DNA of 64,000 bases. Source: Octopus vulgaris (taxonomy: Eukaryota). The position numbers and the translations under genes were made by a program. The notes below the pieces were generated by a model that did not search any database, was not told where the DNA came from, and saw nothing but the letters and a program-made list of their open reading frames with translations. Location: the NCBI GenBank assembly GCA_951406725.2, contig OX597838.1, forward strand, positions 28,458,001-28,522,000. Direction: 5' to 3'. Below are positions 53,668 through 64,000 of this stretch, one piece after another (the first letter of the stretch is position 1; each line of letters starts with the position of its first letter).

Positions 53668-55307
53668 GAAATGAATGAGAAAATGGATAACAACAGTCTT
53701 TATTTCATACTCTTACTAATGCTTCCACACATCGTTACACCTGTAGTACATAGGTGAGATGATATAATTAACATATTGTGTAATTAGTCATCCATCACCA
53801 ATGTGCTATGAGTGTAACGATGTGTGGAAATAGCTGTAGCGATGTGAAATAAAGAATGTCGTGCAATCCATTTTCTCTTATTCATCTCTTTATATAAACT
53901 TTCCAGATTCTATGGAATTCCAGATATATATCCAGTGTCAGGAGTATTCCTATCTGAATGCTGACATTTGATAGCCAATAACTGGAAGAGCTTTGTATAG
54001 CATAGTACAAGGTTTTTACCCAAATTTTATTCAACTACTCATATATATATATATATATATATATATGTTTATGTATTTGTTTTGCAAGATTCTTGATGTG
54101 AAATCATGTGTTGAAACATGTTGTTATATTTGGGGATGGTGTTCTTTTTTTTTTTTTGCTTTCCTTTTGCTTGCCAAATGTCCAGACAATGGACATAAGA
54201 TAAAATAAGGAATAATAATAAATGAGTAAAGAAAGAATGTATAGTGAAAATGTTTATTTGGCAAGGAAATAAAAAAAATGACCATAACGAAATATAACTA
54301 TATATATATATACTTTATTTAAAGCAGCAGAAAATTCAACAAAATCTGGCAACATGAAACTCAGAGTAACAGGTTTTGTTGAATTTTCTGCTGCTTTAAA
54401 TAAAGCATATTACTCTACCACTGGTATTTGAGTACTCTTTTTTCCACCTTGTTTCACATTTATGTGTTTACTCCAGTATATATATATATATGTATGTATG
54501 TATGTATATATAATGTGTGTGTGTGTGTGTATCTGTTTAGTGTTGACTGTTGCAAGAAAGAGTTTAATATTTCATTTTGGTTTGAGCCTGTTGCTTCTCT
54601 GAGTATGGCCTGTAGGTGCTCAAGGTTTTAGGCGAGTTGTCATGACTTGCTTGGAGACCCCATGCACCCCCTCAAGCAAAATTCAGGGAAGCAGGAGATT
54701 GACTTCACCAAACTAACTAAAGATTTATACATCCAAGCATAAACATGGACACACACACACACACACACTCTGTCTTGATTCGTTTTGAAGTATTTCATGT
54801 TTTCATTTCGTTTTCTTTCTTCGGTTGATTATTTTTTCATTTACATTTCTAATTAATTTATTCAAAAACTATATTTGTTGAAATTATTTTTTAAAATCTT
54901 TGAAATTTTACTCTCTCTCTCTCTCTCTCTCACACACACATGCGTCTGTGTATATGTATATACTCATACACATGTTTGTGTGTGTATATACATATATAAC
55001 AAATATATTTACATGCATATATATATATATATATATATAGAATAAAATATATATATATACGTATCTACATGCATATATATATATATATATATATATAGAA
55101 TAAATATATATATATATACGTATCTACATGCATATATATATATATATATAAAATATATATATATATCTACATGCATATATATATATATAGAATAAAATAT
55201 ATACATGCATATATATATATATATATAATAAAATATATACATGCATATATATATATATATATAATAAAATATATACATACATATATATATAAAATATATA
55301 TACATGC

Positions 55308-55353
<46 letters not shown>

Positions 55354-55714
55354 TGCACGTATGTGAAACAACTAGCAATATTTTCATTGTCCTTATCTCT
55401 AGATCTGTAGGTTTGCATCCAATTTCATTTCCACTTCCTGCATTACATGAAGCAACAATATGGTGAAATCCCTTCTCAAATTATAATATTTTCCTTTTTA
55501 TTTTTTTTTTTCCATATTTCCTCCCTTCTGCTCCTCCCTTTTTCTGCAATCTCAATTCTAATTTATGAAAGAACATTTCAAATTTCATTTGGGAGTTTTA
55601 CGAAAAGAAATATGAGATATAACACTAATAATAATAATAATAATAATGATAATAAAATCTGGTGTGTTCAGTGAATGTGATATAAAATAGAAATCCAAGG
55701 CATGATTACCTTGT

Positions 55715-55750
<36 letters not shown>

Positions 55751-56109
55751 GACAAGATTTATCACACCAGATGAAGACCAGGATCAAATCCTGGTCCCTG
55801 CTTTTCATCTTTTTTTTTTTTTTTTTTTTTGCTACATTCTACCTCCCTGTCCTCATTCTTCTCCTCCTGCCACACCCCACCCCCACCCAGTTTTTTCTAG
55901 TTGTTTTTATTGTCAGGCAACAATCTCCCGCCTCCCCACCTTCCTCTCATCCATTCCCACTTTCTGCTGACTTTCAGTTACAAAATTTTGACATATATGT
56001 ATGTATGTATGTACATATATCTATATATATATATATATATGTACATATATATAATGTACATATATATATAATGTACATATATATATGTACATACATATAT
56101 ATATGTACG

Positions 56110-56140
<31 letters not shown>

Positions 56141-56279
56141 GTACATACATATATATATGTACATACATACATATATTTGTACATACATACATATATATAT
56201 ATACACATATATACACATAGACATTTGCATTCATACATAAATATATTTGTACATACATGCGTATGTACATACATTCATA

Positions 56280-56313
<34 letters not shown>

Positions 56314-57737
56314 GTGCATGCATACATATATATACACAGATATAAACCTCTGATGAACCAATAAATGAATAAATAACAACAAAAATTTTAAATATGAAGA
56401 GACAAAAATATCTATATATATTTTTATTTGTTAAATTACTTGTTTAGCTATTTTTTTTGCCTGACTAGCCCTGAATATAATTTGGAAATAAAATAATAAT
56501 AAAAAAATGAGAAAAACTGTGAAACAATAAAAAAAACAACAAAAAGTGAAAATTTGAAAAAAAAACACAAAAGAAAACATTTGAAAAATTTGTCTGTCTG
56601 TGTGTCTACTCAATGCTAATTTGAAGTTTTAAATAAAATTAGAATTAAATGTTGAATCCATTTTGTTGCCTTTTTTTTTCTGTTATGACTAATATCATGT
56701 CTGTCTGTCTGTCTCTTTCACTCTCTCTCTCTCTCTCTCTTCATTCCCCCTCTGTTTTGCTCTTCCTCTCTCTCTCTCTCTTTGTGTCTCTCTTTCCTTC
56801 TCACTCTCTCTCTCTCTCTCTGTCACTTTCAATCTTTTTCTTTTTTCCTCTTCATTCCTCGCTATGTTGCCCTTTCTCGTTCTCTTTCACTCTCTCTTCA
56901 TCCCTTTTGATTTTGCTCTTTCTCCGTCCCTGCCTCTCTCCCTTTCTTTCTCTCTCTCTCTCTCATTAGTTCCTGTTGTTGCACTGTGGCCATGCAGGGG
57001 CACTGCTTGGAAGGATTTAATGTCAATCAAATCAGCTCCAGTACTTAATTTTGTTTGTTTTAAAGTCCAGTAATTATTTTGTCAGTCTCTGTTTGCCAGA
57101 CTGCTAGCTTTCATGCACACACACAATGTACCATGCTCTCCTTAATTCTTGTTGGTGCCTGTATAGTTGTGACCAGACATGGACACCTTGTTCCTTACGC
57201 CTTTAACCCAGCAGAACATCAAGTATATAACAGCTTGAAGTGGGTAGTGGGGCTGCACCAGTAAATTACTGGTATTTATTTTCTGTTTTATAGACTGGAG
57301 CCACATGAACTACCTTGCTCAAGATCACATCACACCACCCAGTCAAGGAACTGAACACATGATGTCTAGCCTGGTGGTTAGAGTGTTAGGCTCGTGATGT
57401 TCAAGACATGAGTTTGATTTCTGGTTGAAGTGCTCTGTTGTACCCTTGAGCAAAGCAATTCTTTACACATTGCTCCAATTTACTCAACTGAAAATGAGTA
57501 CCAGCTGAGTGTTGGTACAACACCCACTTTCTTTCTCTCTCTAGTTGTTACATCCTTCATTTTCTACTGAGTTAATGGAAGGGCTGAGGTATCTATTTAC
57601 GGAGATGTACTTGCATAGCAAGTGATTTGATCTGAGATCGTGTGCTGGAACGAAAACAATTGCAGCGTAGAAGGTGTTTGTAAGCCATTTAAGAAACACA
57701 CAAAAGCCGTTCAATTCACTTCAACATTTAAGTTTAA

Positions 57738-57787
57738 TTTGTCAAAATATTTTCGTCGCTAAAATCCGCGACCTGTTCACTGACAAA
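57738..57787 (-). ncRNA. Variant minimal hammerhead ribozyme with G3-C8 core
   Basis: Minus strand: tttgtca GTGAACA g GTCGC-ggatttta-GCGAC GAAA atat tt tgacaaa; 7-bp stem I, 5-bp stem II, palindromic stem III AATATT. Confidence 0.72.
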
Positions 57788-58057
57788 AATCCGTATTTAA
57801 AAAGTCTTTGTTTTGACTTGCCAAAATACTGGAAATAACTCTGCAGAAAATAATTCTCTGCTGTGAATTTTGCCAGTTAGAGAACATAGTTATTTGAATA
57901 TAAATTTAAGATAATAAGGGTGAAAAATTTTAATATTAATTTAATATCAATTTAAAATTTGAAATATAACCCCAAATGTAATTGGTAGAACTATATACAT
58001 GTTCAATCTCATGCGGACGTCTCATGCATAGTTCTGCAAATTATATTTTGCTACAAC

Positions 58058-58130
58058 GATCACACTGATGAGTTGCAGACATCTATGTAAGTGATTACGT
58101 AAGTAGTAGCAACGAAACCGGTTTGTGATT
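58058..58130 (+). ncRNA. Minimal type-I hammerhead ribozyme, canonical core (Penelope-type)
   Basis: Stem I gatcaca/tgtgatt, CTGATGA (58065-71), stem II gttgc...gcaac, GAAA, palindromic stem III ACCGGT, predicted cleavage after GTT at 58123. Confidence 0.85.
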
Positions 58131-59517
58131 AATCTGTATATTTTGTATCTTTTCATTTGTCTTGCTTGCTTATGTTCTGGTGTTTGCTAAATTTTCTCGA
58201 GAACATTCCTGTCTTAGGGGTAAGACCATAGGGGGTCGACTTCTTGCATAATGGATGTCCACTTAGTGGTCATCCCTCTTATATGTATATATGCATGTGT
58301 ATATATCTATGTATATGTGTGTCTGTGTTTGTCCCTGCTTCACCTCTTGATGTGTTTACATTCCTGTGACTTAGCACTTCAGCAAAAGAGACCAACAGAG
58401 TAAGTACTAGGCCTAAAAAAAAGCAGTACTTGGGTCAATTTGTTTGACTGAAACCCTTCAAGATGGCGCTCCAGCATGGCTGCAGTCAAATAACTGACAA
58501 AAGTAAAAGATACTAAAAGGTTAAAATGGCATTCAGTGTCCATGAATTTGGACAGAAAGAAGCAAAACAAAAGATTTTATTTTCATAGTACTTCCCAACA
58601 ATAAGGTGATATTCTGAGGATATTATTAATGGCAAGAAAAGAAAAAAAAAAAAAGGCGGCAAGCTGGCTGGGCGAAATACTTAGGGGTATTTCGTCTGCC
58701 GCTACGTTCTGAGTTCAAATTCCGCCGAGGTCGACTTTGCCTTTCATCCTTTCGGGGTTGATTAAATAAGTACCAGTTACGCACTGGGTTTGATATAATC
58801 AACTCAATTCGTTTGTCCTCTCTGTGTTTAGCCCCTTGTGGGTAGTAAAGAAATAGGTATTTCGTCTGCCGCTACGTTCTGAGTTCAAATTCAACCGAGG
58901 TCAAATTCGCATTTTATTCTTTCGAGGTCGATAAATTAAGTATCAGTTATGCACTGAGGTCGATGTAATTGACAGGCCTCGCCTCCCCCCAAATTTTGAT
59001 CCTTGGACCTAGAGTAGAAAAGAATATCTATGATATTGAAAGGCAGCAAGCTGGCAGAAACGTTAGCACACTGGCCAAAATGCTTAGTGGTAGTTCATCT
59101 GCCGCTACGTTCTGAGTTCAAATTCCACCAAGGTCGACTTCGCATTTTTTTCTTTCGAGGTTGATAAATTAAGTACCAGTTGCATATTGGGGCCAATCTA
59201 ATTGACTGGCCCCCCTCCCAACAAATTTCAGTAGAAATGATTATTAATGGCAAAAAAAAAATTAACGCAGCAAACTGGGAGAATTGTTAGCATGGCGAGC
59301 TAAATACTTCATGGCATTTCATCCATCTTTACGTTTGGAATTCAAATTCCACCAAGGTCGTTTTTGCCTTTCATCCTTTTGGGATCAATGAATTAAGTAC
59401 CAGTTGAGTACTGGGGTTGATGTAATATACTTAACCCCTCCCACCAAAATTTCAGACTTTGTGCCTGTAGTAGAAAGGGTTATTAATGGTAAAATGTGCA
59501 TTCTTAGAATTGTATAA

Positions 59518-59855
59518 CATCTTGAGAAATCATACTCTGAGCATCAAGATCAACGAGGTTCATATACTGAACTGCTATGTCTACCTTGTGTTGATGTACG
59601 GAAGTGTGATATGGTCTTTAACATCAGAAATGCGAAGGTGCTTAGAGAGCTGTAAAATGTGATTCTTGAGGGGAATAGTGAGAGTAGCATGGACAGATGA
59701 AGTGTCTAATAAAGAAGTGATGACCCCAGCTGCAGTGAATAGGAAATGGCTTCATGAGATAAGGGCCAAGCAACCGAGATTTCTTGGTCATGAGACGAGG
59801 AAAGAGGTTCTTGGAGGATTTAGAAATGAACAGAAAGAATTGAAGAGAAAAGAAG
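59518..59855 (+). mobile_element. Degenerate RTE/BovB-like LINE fragment
   Basis: Reads LNCYVYLVLMYGSVIWSLTSEMRRCLE...FLRGIVRVAWTDEVSNKEV...RFLGH with a stop; followed by a SINE. Confidence 0.75.
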
Positions 59856-60321
59856 CAGAGGCGCAGGAGTGGCTGTGTGGTAAGTAGCTTGCTAACCAAC
59901 CACATGGTTCCGGGTTCAGTCCCACTGCATGGCATCTTGGGCAAGTGTCTTCTGCTATAGCCCCGGGCCGACCAATGCCTTGTGAGTGGATTTGGTAGAC
60001 GGAAACTGAAAGAAGCCTGTCGTATATATGTATATATATATATGTATGTGTGTTTGTTTGTGTGTCTGTGTTTGTCCCCCTAGCATTGCTTGACAACCAA
60101 TGCTGGTGTGTTTATGTCCCCGTTACTTAGTGGTTCGGCAAAAGAGGCCGATAGAATAAATACTGGGCTTACAAAAAGAATAAGTCCCGGGGTCGAGTTG
60201 CTCGATTAAAGGCGGTGCTCCAGCAAGGCCGCAGTCAAATGACTGAAACAAGTAAAAGAGTAAAGAGAAGGATGATAAGGATACCCAGATTGATGAATTG
60301 GTTGGAAGAAAGAGGTATTAA

Positions 60322-60527
60322 CCCTTTTGTTACCATATTTCTGTTGAGATGTTCTGTTTCTTTCAATTAATTTTAAATATAACATAGAATCTAGTAAAAT
60401 AACTTAGTTATCATTAAGCTAGTGTTAGGAACATAAATTGTGGAAGATTTTAATTCAGAACATTTGAAAACAAGACATTTGTACCACAGAGCCAAAGGTG
60501 GTTTCAGTCAGGTTGGTATCAAATGGG
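60322..60527. mobile_element. piggyBac-like MITE; related copies at 48474-49095 and clustered over about 60730-62270
   Basis: TTAA|CCCTTTTGTTACC ... GGTATCAAATGGG|TTAA termini; body sequence recurs in the listed copies. Confidence 0.65.
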
Positions 60528-62424
60528 TTAAACATCAGGAAGTGGAACTCTTACAGAAAAAAAAACAAAGAATTGCAGCAGGAGATGGCTTCTTGTGTAC
60601 TCCATTCTGCACATGGCACCTAAAGATTATTACCTTAACATGCTGCCTGGTTTAAGACCACAACTTGGTACACTTTGAGGAAAGAAATGACATGGTTATG
60701 TTTAGCAGGAATGGTAAGAACAACAACATTTAAAGACACAGATTAACATGAAATTTGGATAGGCTTTGATTAAGCTCTATTTAAAACAGGAACTTTGTAT
60801 CATAGAAGTAGGAGTAGTCTCAGACAGGTTGTACCAAAAGAGTTAATCAACCATAAATCAATAGTTGTCAACCATTTTGTCTTCTTGGTGCAGTGAATAT
60901 CAGATAAAATATCATTGGTGCATTCCTCATAGAAAATAAAGAAAAAAATATAGAAATTTTAAAATTTAAAAAAATTTGTAGAAAACTATTATCTTGATTT
61001 ATTAAACAAACTTTCATATAATGACATCATGAATAACATTTTTCAATCATTCAAGCATTGGGATATTCTCTATCTTAAAATACATTTCTGAAAATGGTGC
61101 ACCATTTAACCTATTTGTTACCATCTGTTAAAATCCAGTTTTTGCTTCAATCAATTTTGAAAATAACAAATAATTTAGTAAAATAATTTTGTCATTATTT
61201 CATTTTTGGATTTGGTTTGCAAGATTTTTTATATGAGTTTGTGTGTTGAAGCATATTCTGTTGTGTCTGGGGAGAGTCATTTTCTTTTTGTGCCTTATAA
61301 CGTAACAAACTCACCGGTAAAATTTCCACTTATTTCTTATTTTTATTTTCCTAAAATTTTCGTTGTGTCTTGCAACCTTTTCAAGAGAGAGTCAAGATGA
61401 CTGAAAAGGTTGCAAAACGCAACGAAAATTTTAGGAAAATAAAAATAAGAAATAAGTGGAAATTTTACTGGTGAGTGTCTTATATTATAAGGCACAAAAA
61501 GAAAATGACTCTCCCCAGACACAACAGTATTTTGTCATTATTAAGTGGGTGTTTGAAACAAAAAGTAACTTGAAATTTTTTATTGGAAGATTTTAATTTA
61601 AATTACTTTTAAAAGAGGAAATTTGTATCACAGACTTATGGGCAATCTCAGGCAGATTGGTGTCAAAAGAGTTAATCCTTTTGTTACTATATTCCTCTTG
61701 AAATACAGGACCTTTTGTTTCAATTTGAGAAATAATAATTTAGCAAAACAGCTAGGGTTTGGAACAAAAATTAGTATGGAATTTTGATTGAAGGTTTTAA
61801 TTTAGATTAGTTTAAAACAGTAAGTTTGTATCATGGAACAAATAAAGTTTCTGGTGGGTTGGTACCAAAAGGGTTAGTACTATTGACACCATATTCCTGT
61901 TGAAATACATGTGTAGGGCACTGTTCATGGGCTGTAAACAAGAACTTCACTGTGGGCTACATAGTGAACTACTCTGCAGAAAAGGGAGTTCCAGTTTGGC
62001 AGGAGAGGTGTCTGGGGATTTAGATGGCCAATCATATTCACGAAAAAAACAAGACACCTACACACTCTTGTTCAGGATTATTTCTATATATAGCTTCACC
62101 AAAGCTATATATGGCTTTTTGTCTCAGTTTGAAACTAGGGAAGAATTTAGCAAAATTGCTAGTGTTTAGAAGAGAAATTAACATGACATTTTGATGGAAG
62201 GTTTTAATTTAAGTAATTTTAAAATAGTGAGTTTGTGTCAAAGAACCAAGGGTGGTTTCAGCTGAGTCAGTTTGTCAACAATTAAAAACCATTGCCAGAT
62301 ATAGGGCATCCTACATGTTTTTTATGTGCATAAAGTTGAGATAAGAAATGTATTCGTTTCAAATTCCAAATTGACTGGAATTTAATATACATTATGTTTA
62401 CAATAAGTTTCAGTCAATTCACAA

Positions 62425-62460
62425 ACACACACACACACACAAACAAACAAACATACATAC

Positions 62461-62492
<32 letters not shown>

Positions 62493-62783
62493 ATACATAC
62501 ATACATGTATATATATATATATATATGTATACATACATATATGTATATATATGTGTGTATACATACATACATGTATATATATATATGTATACATACATAC
62601 ATGTATATATATATATGTATACATACATATATATATATATGTATACATACATATATGTATATATGTATACATACATATATGTATATATATATGTATACAT
62701 ACATATATGTATATATGTATACATACATATATGTATATATGTATACATACATATATGTATATATATATGTATACATACAAATA

Positions 62784-62845
<62 letters not shown>

Positions 62846-62880
62846 ATATACATATATGTATATATGGATATATGTATATA
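62425..62880. repeat. (TA)/(TACA) compound microsatellite; similar tracts at 38745-39225, 55010-55350, 55990-56335
   Basis: Direct inspection. Confidence 0.93.
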
Positions 62881-63306
62881 CGGATGCATTTATATCAGCT
62901 AAACAAGTTAGATAAAATGTTTACTTGTGCTATTTAAAATAGGCCAGCTTTTTTGGCAATCTTATGAGAAATCTATGATGTTTAGCCCTAGGCAAACTCT
63001 GATCATCAATGTATTTCATCCATGACCAACACATTTTGTTTTGAAATAATGTATCCAGAGCAACGTTATTCAATGTGACTTTGCTGTTTTTAAGGTGGTA
63101 TGGTTTGGTTTGAAGGAGAAATTTGGTTGATATTTCTAGCAGAGCCAGTGACCACATAGTTCAGTCATTCTGACTAAAGAATGAATGACAGGTCTATTGA
63201 TTAACCAGGTCAAAATTAACCTGGTGCAGCCCCTGGCTTCCCAGACCCTGGTCGAACCGTCCAACCCATGGAAAACGGACATTAAGTGATGATGATGATG
63301 ATATAG

Positions 63307-63349
<43 letters not shown>

Positions 63350-64000
63350 TGTTCATACATCATCATCATCATCATCATCATTTAACGTCTGCTTACTATG
63401 CTGGCATGGGTTGGACGATTTGACGGAGGACTGGCGAACCAGATGGCTGCACCAGGTTTCAATTTTGATCTGGCAGAGTTTCCACAGCTGGATGCCCTTC
63501 CTAACGCCAACCACTCTGAGAGTGTAGTGGGTGCTTTTATGTGTCACTGGCACGGGGCCAGTCAGGCGGTACTGGCAACAACCTCGCTTGAATGTTTTTA
63601 CACGTGCCACCGGTACAGGTGCTAGTAAGGCAACGCTGGTAACGATCACGCTCGAATGGTGCCTTTTACGTGCCACCGGCACGGAAGCCAGTTAGCTGCT
63701 CTGGAAATGATCATGCTCGGATGGTGCTCTTAGCACCATACACATACATATATACGATGGGCTTCTTTCAGTTTCCATCTACCAAATCCACTCACAAGGC
63801 TTTGGTCGGCCTGAGGCTATAATAGAAGACACTTGCCCAAGGTGTCACGCAGTGAGACTGAACCCAGAACCATGTGGTTCGTAAGCAAGCTACTTACCAC
63901 ACAGCCACTCCTATGCATCTCTGTTTTGAATTCAAATTCTGTTGAGGTTGACTTTGCTCTTCATTTTTTTGGGGGTTGATAAAATAAAGTACCAGTTATG

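Overview
AT-rich, very repeat-dense eukaryotic genomic DNA. The SINE and microsatellite make-up suggests an octopus (coleoid cephalopod); this is inference from recalled repeat families. None of the long ORFs in the supplied track is a whole real gene. Reading splice signals by hand gives six coding exons of one + strand gene spread over 16458-50908, encoding an AGTRAP (type-1 angiotensin II receptor-associated protein) orthologue; the start-codon exon was not found. Its 31-nt micro-exon lies between a GC-AG intron and a U12-type (minor spliceosome) intron. The rest is tRNA-derived SINEs, CR1 and RTE LINE 3' fragments, MITEs (hAT, Tc1/pogo, piggyBac-like, GG-ended 8-bp-TSD), Helitrons and tandem repeats. 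Several short, often palindromic Penelope-like remnants carry minimal type-I hammerhead ribozymes, including cores with compensatory changes at the 3-8 pair.
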